A stretch of DNA of 64,000 nucleotides, taken from assembly GCA_034666965.1 (NCBI GenBank), contig JAXDKT010000122.1, positions 6,928 through 70,927 of the forward strand, read 5' to 3'. The notes under the pieces are model-generated. The model had not been told where the DNA came from. It was given only the letters and a program-made list of their open reading frames with translations, and did not search any database. Positions within the stretch are counted from its first letter, which is position 1. Every line of letters begins with the position of its first letter. Shown here in pieces: positions 27,559-36,043 of the stretch. The DNA is from Chloroflexota bacterium. Its GTDB lineage: Bacteria > Chloroflexota > Limnocylindria > Limnocylindrales > CSP1-4. The position numbers and the translations under genes are program-made.

Positions 27559-29029
27559 TGTGGATCCCGAGTGCGCCCAGGAACGTGGAACCGAGCAGGA
27601 CCGCGTCCAGGACGACCACCAGCCCGACCGCCCCCCAGGCCAGGACATTGGCCCGTCGTCCGTTGGCGTGGCGGCCCATCAACCGGCGGTCGTTGACCAG
27701 CAGGACCATGAAGATCAGCACGATCGGCAGGAGCAGGCCCTGCAGGTTCTGGGAGGCCAGGATGAGCGGCAACAGGTCGATCCCGGGCAGCAGGACGATC
27801 GCTGCCCCGACGACGAGGACCAGGCTGTAGATCGTGAAGAAGGCGCGCGCGTCGCGGAACCGCTTGTTGACTCCCGACTCCCACCCGAACGCCTCGCAGA
27901 TCACGTACGCCGTCGAGAGCGGCATGATCGTCGCGGCCAGCACGCTCGCGGCAAACAGTCCCAGCGCGAACAGCAGCCCGGCCAGGTGCCCGGCAACGGG
28001 CTCGAGCGCGCGGGCAGCATCGCTGGCCGAGACGATCGACCCGCCTGTGGCATGGATCGTTGCGGCCGTGGCCACCACGATGAAGATCGCGATCAGGTTG
28101 GTCCAGACCGCGCCGCCCACGGCGTCGAGCTGCTCGAGCTTGAGCTCCTCCTCGTCGATGCCCTTCTCGGCGACCGCGCTCTGGAGGTAGAACTGCATGT
28201 ACGGGGTGATGGTCGTGCCCACGACGGCGACCATCAGCAGCAGGATCCCCGGCGCCGGGTCGAACCGGGGCGTGATCAATGCTTGCCCGACCTGACCCCA
28301 ATCCGGATGAGCCATGATCGCCGACGCGATGTAGGTCACGAACACCAGGGCCAGGCCCAGAAAGATCCGCTCCAGGGTGCGATAGCTGGCGAACAGGACC
28401 AGGCCCCAGATGAGGAAGCCAACGACCGGCACCACCAGGTAGCGTCCGATCCCGAAGATCTCCAGCGCGGCCGCCGCCCCGGAGAACTCGGCGACCGTGT
28501 TGGCCACGTTGGCGACCAGCAGGATGAGCATCGCGAACGCGGTCCAACGGACCCCGAAGCGATCGCGGATGAGATCGCTCAGGCCCTGTCCCGTGACCAC
28601 GCCCAGGCGGGCCGCCATCTCCTGGACGATGGCCAGGATGACGATCGTGATCGGGAACAGCCACAGGAGCATCAGGCCGGTCCGGGCGCCCATCTCGCTG
28701 TATGTGGTGATCCCGCCGGCATCGTTGCCGGCGATGCCCGAGATGAGACCGGGACCCATGACCGCCAGGAAGGCCAGGATGCCCCGCCGCCCGCGGAACC
28801 GGCCCCGCAGCCGGAGCCCGTCCCCGCCGCCGATCCGATCGCGCAACCGGCCGAGCCAGCCGGGACGGCGCGGCTGACCGATCCGGCCGCGGAGCCGGAT
28901 GACCGGTGGGGTGCCGGCGGCGGAACCGCTGACGGCCTCGGCCACGGCGCCCTCGACACGCCCGACGACATGCCGCGCCCCGGCGCCTGCCTTCCGCGCG
29001 ACCCGCCGAACCGGCGGCAGCTGGGGCAC
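27548..29029 (-). CDS. NRAMP/SLC11-family transporter with non-canonical metal site (NRAMP-related, NRMT-like); not a typical MntH
   Basis: NRAMP fold with 11-12 TMs. The TM1 motif is GNDAGG where canonical NRAMP has DPGN. The TM6 motif is GTTITPY where canonical NRAMP has GA.IMPH, so the Asn and Met ligands are missing. The start was tentatively set at GTG 29029, because the ORF-track start 29080 would overlap the upstream gene by 40 nt. Confidence 0.65.
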   Translation of the reverse strand: MPQLPPVRRVARKAGAGARHVVGRVEGAVAEAVSGSAAGTPPVIRLRGRIGQPRRPGWLGRLRDRIGGGDGLRLRGRFRGRRGILAFLAVMGPGLISGIAGNDAGGITTYSEMGARTGLMLLWLFPITIVILAIVQEMAARLGVVTGQGLSDLIRDRFGVRWTAFAMLILLVANVANTVAEFSGAAAALEIFGIGRYLVVPVVGFLIWGLVLFASYRTLERIFLGLALVFVTYIASAIMAHPDWGQVGQALITPRFDPAPGILLLMVAVVGTTITPYMQFYLQSAVAEKGIDEEELKLEQLDAVGGAVWTNLIAIFIVVATAATIHATGGSIVSASDAARALEPVAGHLAGLLFALGLFAASVLAATIMPLSTAYVICEAFGWESGVNKRFRDARAFFTIYSLVLVVGAAIVLLPGIDLLPLILASQNLQGLLLPIVLIFMVLLVNDRRLMGRHANGRRANVLAWGAVGLVVVLDAVLLGSTFLGALGIHTGT

Positions 29030-29040
29030 CCGAGCCCGAC

Positions 29041-30360
29041 CTACTTGCGCGCGAAGAGGCGGGGCAGGCGCCTCTTCCATGCCGTCGGCAGAACGGCATC
29101 GATCGCGTCGTCGACGGTCACGATCCCGACCAGGCGCCCGTCGTCGTCCACCACGGGCACGGCCAGCAGGTTGTAGTGGGCGACCACCTCGGCCACCTCG
29201 TCCTGGTCGGCCAGGACCCCGACCGCGACGGGCTCCTTGATCACCACCTCGGCGATGGGCGTGTGCGGCTGGGCGACGATGAGATCCCGCAGCGAGAGGA
29301 CCCCGACCAGCCGATCGTCGTCGTCGACCACGTACACGTAGTAGATCGTCTCGGCGTCGGGCTCGATCTCGCGCAAGCGCTCGATCGTCTCACCCGCGGT
29401 CAGCGTCGCCGGGACCGCCACGAACTCGGTGGTCATGATCCCCCCCGCGGTGTCCTCGGGATAGGCCAGCAGCTCCTGGACCTCGGCCTTCTCGTCGGAC
29501 TCCATCAGGGCCAGGATCTCGTCGCGGGCGTCGTCGGACAGGTCGGCCACGACGTCGGCGGCGTCGTCTGGGCTCATCTCTTCGAGGATGTCCGCGGCTC
29601 GCTCCGGGGGCAGGTCCTCGATGACCTCGACCCGGGTGTCGGGCTCCATCTCCTCGATGGCATCGGCCGCGGCCTCATCGTCGAGCGAGGCCAGGATGCC
29701 GGCCCGGTCACGTGGCGAGAGCTGGTCGATGATGGTCGCCAGGTCGGCGGGGTGAAGCTCGGCCAGGCCCTGGTGGGGGACCCGCAGCTTGATCGAGGCG
29801 ATCGACGTCTCGACCGGATCGACATCCTCCCAGTCGATGTAGCGCTCGGGGATCGGCCGGCCGAGTCGCCGGGCGACGGAGCGGAATGCGGACTCCAGGC
29901 CGAGCCGCCGCAGGAGGCCGGCCGCCCCGACGTCGACGGCCACCAGGCGCAGGGCCCCGTCGATCTCGTCGAAGCGGAGATCGTTGACCCGAACGACCTT
30001 GCGGCCGTCGATGTCGACGATCTGCTTGTCCATCAGGTCGGCCCGCAACAGGATCTCGTCGGGCCGCTGGCGGAAGGCCTCGATGTCGATGGTCTGAGCG
30101 CGCAGCTGGGCCCCACTGGCGTCGAGCGACTCGACCGACGACGTGGGCACGAAGATCTGGCGGCGGCCCGTCTCGACGACGATGCCGGTGACCGGCGGAT
30201 AGCGTTCGCCGACGGCCACGATCAGGTCGGCGACCTTGCCGATCGGCTCGCCGTTCCGGTCACGGACCGGCCGCCCGATCACCTGGCTCAGGTAGAGCAT
30301 CTGCCACCTCGCGGCGGGATCCGTCCCGCTCGCCGGTGGCTCGCCCATCTTGGGCGTCAA
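29041..30360 (-). CDS. soluble PRC-barrel + MgtE N-domain + tandem CBS domain protein (MgtE cytosolic sensor module without transmembrane domain)
   Basis: N-terminal PRC-barrel-like segment (MLYLSQVIGRPVRDRNGEPIGKVADLIV). MgtE_N acidic helical region. Two CBS motifs (YVVDDDDRLVGVLSLRDL; VVDDDGRLVGIVTVDD). It ends without any hydrophobic TM region. Confidence 0.7.
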   Translation of the reverse strand: MTPKMGEPPASGTDPAARWQMLYLSQVIGRPVRDRNGEPIGKVADLIVAVGERYPPVTGIVVETGRRQIFVPTSSVESLDASGAQLRAQTIDIEAFRQRPDEILLRADLMDKQIVDIDGRKVVRVNDLRFDEIDGALRLVAVDVGAAGLLRRLGLESAFRSVARRLGRPIPERYIDWEDVDPVETSIASIKLRVPHQGLAELHPADLATIIDQLSPRDRAGILASLDDEAAADAIEEMEPDTRVEVIEDLPPERAADILEEMSPDDAADVVADLSDDARDEILALMESDEKAEVQELLAYPEDTAGGIMTTEFVAVPATLTAGETIERLREIEPDAETIYYVYVVDDDDRLVGVLSLRDLIVAQPHTPIAEVVIKEPVAVGVLADQDEVAEVVAHYNLLAVPVVDDDGRLVGIVTVDDAIDAVLPTAWKRRLPRLFARK

Positions 30361-30679
30361 CCGTCAGAGGGCGGGTCGGACCGGGTTCGATCCGGCGGCG
30401 CGCTGGGCGCCGCGGAGACTGGGTCCTGGCTCCACGAGTGGAGTCATCCTCCGTTGCTGGTTGGGCGGCTCAGGGGCGCACGACGACGCTTGTTGACGCC
30501 TTCCTGGGACCGGGCCGAGTGTAGCCGTCCGCCGTTCAGCCGGTCAACCGGATGAGGCGCCGCGCCGTGTCCCGCGCGAGGGTTCGGGGCCGGGCTGGGA
30601 CCGGCGGAGCGGGACCTCTGCCGCGCCGGGTAGTACCACGGTCACCGCCGGCCGGTACCAAGTGGGAGGCGTGCCGCCA

Positions 30680-33406
30680 ATGCGCAGGATGGGACGATGC
30701 CAGGCGATGCAGTTCCCGTCCGAGCGCCAGACCCTGGCACCGGGCCCGACGGCCTCGAGCGCGCGCACCGAAGATCCGGCGCCCATGGGGGGAAGCCTGG
30801 TCGAGGCCGATCTCGAGGCCGACGTGCCCGTGGCCAGAGTTGGCTCGGCCCGGGGCGCCGTGGGAGCTCCCAACCGGGCGCCGGTGGCGACCTCGCTGCC
30901 CACCAACCTGCTGGCCCTGGCTGCCCTGCTGACCTACGGCGCCGTGCGGGCTGTGGTCGAGATCCACGATCCGCTCGGCGTCGGTCTGGCCTCGGTCCCG
31001 CTGTTCTTCGCGGCGGCGTTCCTCACCCGGCGTGGAGCCATCGCGGTGGTCGTTGGCACGATCGCCGTGACGCTCGTGCCGATCGCCGTGGACCGCGCGC
31101 ACTGGTCGATCGTCGACGCCGGCATCGTGGCCGAGCTGGCGACGCTCGTCATGGCCGCCGGTGCCCTCCGCGGCGCCATGCTCCGGGCTGCCCGATCGGC
31201 CGCCAGCCAGGCGGCCCACGAGGTCCTCCTGACCGGCCGGCTCGAGGCGGTCCTCAGCATCGCCGCGCGACTGACCACGACCCTCGACCGCGACGCGATC
31301 CTGCGCACGATCGTGACCGAGGTCAATCGAGTGCTGGAGACCGACGGCACCACGATCCGGATCCTCGACGACGATCGCGCGGTGCTGGTGGCCTCGGCGG
31401 GCATCAGCCAGGAGGTGGCCGACCGGCTGCCGGTCCTGCGCCGCGACGAGGCCTGGTTCGGACAGCTCGTTCGCGATCGGCGGCCGATCGTCGACGACGG
31501 CTTCGCGGATCCGATCGCCGACGTTCGCCAGTCCGGGATCGTCGAGGTAGGCTCGGCGCTGGTGGTCCCGCTGGTTCTCCATGACCTCGTCATCGGATCA
31601 CTCGCGGCCTTCAACGACCAACCCCGGCATTGGTCGGCAGCGGACGTCGAATTCGTGGGGGCCGTCGCGACACACGCCGCCCTGGCCATCCACAACGCGG
31701 ACCGGTTCGCCCAGACCAAGAGCTGGGCCGCCCAGCTGGGCGTGCTCCAGGCCGCCTCGGCCCGGATGAGCCGGCAGAACACGATCGCCTCGGTCGGACG
31801 GGCCATCGTCGAAGAGGTGGCCCAGATCATCGACTACCACAACTGCCGGGTGTACCTCCTGGAGGAGCCCGACGAGGTGGTGCCGATCGCGTTCGAGGGG
31901 CGGGTCGGCGCCTACGAGCACGTCGACATGGCGCTGCTGCGGACCAAGGTCGGCGAAGGCTTCACCGGCTGGGTGGCGGCCACCGGCGAGCCGCTCCTGA
32001 TCGACGAGGCCAACGCCGACCCGCGCGGCGCGAGCATTGCCGGAACGGATGACGTCGACGAGTCGATGGTGTGCGTGCCGATGCGCTACGACGAGCGGGT
32101 CATCGGGGTGATCACCCTGTCCAAGCTGGGCCTGCGCCAGTTCGACCAGGGCGATCTGCGCCTGCTCTCGATCCTGGCCGACCAGGCCGCCACTGCCGTC
32201 GAGTCGGCCCGCCTCCTGAGCCGCAGCGATCGACTCGCCAGCGAGCTCCGGCGCCTGCTCGACATGAGCAGCGCGCTGGCCCAGAGCCTCGACCCGAGGG
32301 AGGTCGCCCAGCTCATCGCCCGGCACATGGTCGATGCCCTCGGCGTGGATGAGTGCGCGATCAGCTGGTGGGACGATCCCGGCGACCGGCTGCTGACGAT
32401 GGGCTACTGGCCGCCCGTCCCCGACGAGCAGATCCAGGCGGTCTTCGACCTCCGCGGCTTCCCCGCGACCCGGCGGGTCCTCGAGGAGCAGGTGACCCTG
32501 ATCGTCCGCGTCGACGACCCGGGCGCCGATCCGGCCGAGGTGGCCTACCTGCGCAAGGAGGGCGAGGCCGTCTCCGCGCTGCTGCCCCTGATCGCCAAGG
32601 GTCGCTCGGTCGGCCTGGTCGAGCTCCTCAGCCGGACCGACGTCGTCCTCGACCAGCCCGCCCTGGAACTGGCCAGCACCATGGCCAACGAGGCGGCGAT
32701 GGCGCTCGAGAACGCGCGCCACTACCAAGACGCCCGCGAGCTGGCCGACCGCGACCAGCTGACCGGGTTCTTCAACCACCGCTACCTGCACCAGCGGTTG
32801 GGCGAGGAGATCGTTCGGGCGCAGCGCTCGAAGTCGCCCCTGGCGCTGCTCATGATCGATCTCGACGACTTCAAGCTGGTCAACGACACGTTCGGCCACC
32901 TCTTCGGGGACCGGGTCCTGGCCTGGACCGCCGAGCAGATCCGGTCGACCCTGCGCGTGAGCGACGTTGCCGCCCGCTACGGCGGCGACGAGTTCGCGAT
33001 CATCCTCCCCGACACCGACCGCGAGGCCGCGACCCACGCGGCCGATCGAATCGTGGCCGCGCTCCGGGAGCGGACGTTCGAAACCGAGGACCACGGCTCG
33101 GTCCCGATGGGCGCCTCGATCGGCGTATCGGCGTTCCCGGCCGACGGCCGGACCGGCCGCGAGCTCATCGCCACCGCCGACGTCGAGATGTACCGGGTCA
33201 AGCTCGCCAGCGGCGCGATCGTTCCGGCCGGCGGGTCGGTTGCCTCCTCCGGACCGGTCGCCCCCAGCGTGGGCCGACACGAGCCCGTCGGCAGCGTCGC
33301 CGAGGGGAGCCGGGCGGGTGGCGGCCCCGTCCGCAGCTCGGCCCGCGGCTCGGGCCGCCTGATCGGGTCGGGGTCGCTCGGTGAGGTCGACGCGGCCCCC
33401 GACTGA
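30680..33406 (+). CDS. membrane-anchored multi-GAF diguanylate cyclase (GGDEF)
   Basis: TM segments, then about three GAF-like domains, then a GGDEF domain with an intact RYGGDEF motif. The start is uncertain: candidates are GTG 30662, ATG 30680 (GGGAGG 10 nt upstream) and ATG 30785. Confidence 0.65.
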   Translation: MRRMGRCQAMQFPSERQTLAPGPTASSARTEDPAPMGGSLVEADLEADVPVARVGSARGAVGAPNRAPVATSLPTNLLALAALLTYGAVRAVVEIHDPLGVGLASVPLFFAAAFLTRRGAIAVVVGTIAVTLVPIAVDRAHWSIVDAGIVAELATLVMAAGALRGAMLRAARSAASQAAHEVLLTGRLEAVLSIAARLTTTLDRDAILRTIVTEVNRVLETDGTTIRILDDDRAVLVASAGISQEVADRLPVLRRDEAWFGQLVRDRRPIVDDGFADPIADVRQSGIVEVGSALVVPLVLHDLVIGSLAAFNDQPRHWSAADVEFVGAVATHAALAIHNADRFAQTKSWAAQLGVLQAASARMSRQNTIASVGRAIVEEVAQIIDYHNCRVYLLEEPDEVVPIAFEGRVGAYEHVDMALLRTKVGEGFTGWVAATGEPLLIDEANADPRGASIAGTDDVDESMVCVPMRYDERVIGVITLSKLGLRQFDQGDLRLLSILADQAATAVESARLLSRSDRLASELRRLLDMSSALAQSLDPREVAQLIARHMVDALGVDECAISWWDDPGDRLLTMGYWPPVPDEQIQAVFDLRGFPATRRVLEEQVTLIVRVDDPGADPAEVAYLRKEGEAVSALLPLIAKGRSVGLVELLSRTDVVLDQPALELASTMANEAAMALENARHYQDARELADRDQLTGFFNHRYLHQRLGEEIVRAQRSKSPLALLMIDLDDFKLVNDTFGHLFGDRVLAWTAEQIRSTLRVSDVAARYGGDEFAIILPDTDREAATHAADRIVAALRERTFETEDHGSVPMGASIGVSAFPADGRTGRELIATADVEMYRVKLASGAIVPAGGSVASSGPVAPSVGRHEPVGSVAEGSRAGGGPVRSSARGSGRLIGSGSLGEVDAAPD

Positions 33407-33510
33407 ACCGCTGCGCGCCGGGCAGGACCTTCGTACCAGCCCCTAGCAGCCGAAGGTACCAGGGTCGGACGCTGGACGAACGCCCGTTCGGAAGGCATCC
33501 TCGTTGAGAC

Positions 33511-34710
33511 GTGGCCGGCACCCCGCTCAGCTCGCTCGACGCGCGCTCCACCGGCCTCGACGACCCCCGACTACGGACCGTGCGGCGCGTGCTCGCGGGC
33601 ACCTTCGCGCTGCTGGGCATGGCCGGGCTGGTGGCGCTCGCGATCGACCCCGGTCAGCCGGCCAGCCTGGTCGCGCTCGGGCTGGCCGTCACGGCCGGCG
33701 GCGCAGCTGTCATGCACCAGCGCTCTACCGCCGTGCTCGAGGCCGAGCGCCGCGCCGAGGCGGAGATCCTGGCCCGCATCCTCCAGGGACTGTCCCGGTC
33801 GGCCTCGGCCGAGGGGATCGTCCAGGCGCTCCTCGAGGAGCTCGGAGCCGGGACGGACGCCGATCACACGGTCGTCGTCCGGCGACGGCTCGGGGAGCGC
33901 TGGCTGGAGGCGTCCCTGGCCGGATCTCACCCGGACGACCCGACCTCGACCATCGCCCTGCCGCTGGTCCACCTGGTCCCCGGCACCGGCCCGGGCGGCG
34001 ACCCCGACACGCACCGGATCGAAGCCAGCGTCCGAGCCGAGTTCGGCCTGAGCCACACGCTGGCGGCGCCGCTCCGGACCGGACGCGGGGTCGTCGGCGC
34101 GATCGTCCTTGCCCGCCGGATCGACGAGCCCTGGTCGGCCGGTTCGGCGCGGATCCTCCGAGTCGCGGCGCTCGAGGCCGCGGCCGCGCTCGAGCGGGTC
34201 GAATCGCACCGGGATGCGGAGACCCGCGCCTCGACCGACGTCCTGACCGGGCTGCCCAACCGACGCTACTTCGACGAGTTCTGCGGTCTGCTGTCCGAGC
34301 GACGCCGGGCCGATGACGCGATCGGGATCCTGATGGTCGACATCGATCACTTCAAGCGGGTCAATGACCGCTTCGGTCACGACGTCGGCGACGAGGTCCT
34401 GCGAGCGGTCGCCGGGGCGATCGTCGGCGCCGTCCGCGACGACGACGTCCCGGCCCGCCACGGCGGTGAGGAGTTCGTGGTTCTCCTCCGCAACCCGTCG
34501 CCATCGATCGCCCTCGAGGTCGCCGAGCGGATCCGGCTGGCGATCGCCGGGCTCGACCTCCGCGCGCTGGGTCCGAGCTCGGTCGGCGCCTCGATCGGCG
34601 TCGCGGTCCAGGTCGACGTCGATCAGCCCATCGCGGACATCCTGGCCGACGCGGACCGGGCCCTCTATCGGGCCAAGCGCGCCGGCCGCGACCGGGTCGT
34701 CGTCGCCTGA
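33511..34710 (+). CDS. membrane-anchored GAF-GGDEF diguanylate cyclase
   Basis: Intact RHGGEEF motif plus the LTGLPNRRYFDE I-site region. N-terminal TM segments. GTG start. Confidence 0.7.
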   Translation: MAGTPLSSLDARSTGLDDPRLRTVRRVLAGTFALLGMAGLVALAIDPGQPASLVALGLAVTAGGAAVMHQRSTAVLEAERRAEAEILARILQGLSRSASAEGIVQALLEELGAGTDADHTVVVRRRLGERWLEASLAGSHPDDPTSTIALPLVHLVPGTGPGGDPDTHRIEASVRAEFGLSHTLAAPLRTGRGVVGAIVLARRIDEPWSAGSARILRVAALEAAAALERVESHRDAETRASTDVLTGLPNRRYFDEFCGLLSERRRADDAIGILMVDIDHFKRVNDRFGHDVGDEVLRAVAGAIVGAVRDDDVPARHGGEEFVVLLRNPSPSIALEVAERIRLAIAGLDLRALGPSSVGASIGVAVQVDVDQPIADILADADRALYRAKRAGRDRVVVA

Positions 34711-34794
34711 TCCACCGACGAACCTGATTCAGCTGCGGGTGCCCGGGCCGCCGGCAGCGCATCGCGAGCCGGTTGCGTCGGGTACCCTGCGCCG

Positions 34795-36015
34795 GTGACG
34801 TCCCGCGCCGGTCCGGCCATGCCGCTCCGCCTGCTCGTGGCGCTCTTCGTGGTGACCCTCGGCCTGCGCCCTCAGCTCGTTGGCCTGGGCCCGTTGCTGC
34901 CCCGGATCCAGGATGACCTGGCCGCATCCCATGCGGTCGTCGGGCTGTTGACGACGATCCCGGTCCTGTGCATGGGCCTCTTCGCCCCGCTCGGTCCGTT
35001 CATTGCCGTCCGGTTCGGTCCGCGCCGGGCGCTGGCCGCGTGTGTCGCCGGCACCATCCTGTTCGGCCTGCTCCGCGCCGCCGTTCCGGGCCTGCCGGCG
35101 GTGATCGCCATGACCGTCGGCCTGGGTCTGGGGATGGGCACGGCCGGTGCCCTGATGTCGATCGTGGTCAAGGAGCGGGCGCCGGCCCGGCCGGCTCTGG
35201 CAACCGGTGCCTACGCGGCCGGGCTCGTCGCCGGTTCGCTGGTCTCGGCCGCGGTCGCGGTCCCGCTGGCCGACGCGCTCGGTGGTTGGCGCGCGGCCAC
35301 GGCGGCCTTCGCGGTCGGCTCGCTCGTCTCGTTCGTCGGTTGGCTCACGCTGCTGCCGCCCGATCGCAGGGTCCAGCGCGCCGATCGGGCGCGGGCGCCG
35401 CGGCTGCCCTGGCGGAGCGGTCTGGCCTGGGGCCTGGTGATCGTGTTCGGCCTGCAGTCGCTGCTCTACTACGCGACGGTCTCGTGGCTCCCCGACGTCT
35501 ACGTGGAACGGGGTTGGAACGAGACGGCCGCGGGATCGCTGGTGGCCCTGGTCAATCTCGTCGGCCTGGTGGTGGGCTTTGCGGTGCCCTTCGTCGCCGA
35601 CCGCGTCGGGTCGCGCCGCAGCCAGATGTCGACGGCGGCCGGCGCGGCGGTCCTCGGCTTCGTCGGGGTGAGCGTCGCACCCGACGCCGCCTGGCTGTGG
35701 GCCGTCTTCCTCGGGTTCGGCATGGGCGCGATCTTCCCGCTGTGCCTGGTCCTCCCGGTGGACGTCGCCGACGGCCCGGCCCAGGTGGGCGCGATCGCCG
35801 CCCTGATGCTCCTGGGCGGCTACCTCATCTCGGGCGTCGGCCCGTTCCTGCTGGGGCTGGTGCGCGACGCGACGGGTGACTTCTCGGCCAGCATCTGGCT
35901 GCTGGTCGGGCTCGGGATCGTGCTGGTCAGCGCCTGTCTGACGCTGGACCCTGGCCGGCTGCGGCGGGGGATCCGGTCCGGCTGGCCGGTCGAGACCACG
36001 CCCGGATCGGGTTGA
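34795..36015 (+). CDS. MFS transporter (CynX/NimT-like)
   Basis: Twelve predicted TMs with MFS-like loops. Confidence 0.65.
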   Translation: MTSRAGPAMPLRLLVALFVVTLGLRPQLVGLGPLLPRIQDDLAASHAVVGLLTTIPVLCMGLFAPLGPFIAVRFGPRRALAACVAGTILFGLLRAAVPGLPAVIAMTVGLGLGMGTAGALMSIVVKERAPARPALATGAYAAGLVAGSLVSAAVAVPLADALGGWRAATAAFAVGSLVSFVGWLTLLPPDRRVQRADRARAPRLPWRSGLAWGLVIVFGLQSLLYYATVSWLPDVYVERGWNETAAGSLVALVNLVGLVVGFAVPFVADRVGSRRSQMSTAAGAAVLGFVGVSVAPDAAWLWAVFLGFGMGAIFPLCLVLPVDVADGPAQVGAIAALMLLGGYLISGVGPFLLGLVRDATGDFSASIWLLVGLGIVLVSACLTLDPGRLRRGIRSGWPVETTPGSG

Positions 36016-36043
36016 CCGGACCGCCGCCCGATACCATCGCCGA

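Noticed and set aside
27548-29080. Annotating the NRAMP homologue as MntH (Mn2+/Fe2+ transporter)
   Set aside because: The two hallmark transition-metal ligands (Asn of DPGN and Met of AxxMPH) are replaced, so the standard MntH label would probably be wrong. I kept the generic NRAMP-related call.
30380-30400. tRNA-like T-arm (CCGG-GTTCGAT-CCGG)
   Set aside because: It has only a 4-bp self-complementary stem with no surrounding acceptor, D or anticodon arms that I could fold. It is probably a chance GGTTCGATCC match in the GC-rich leader.
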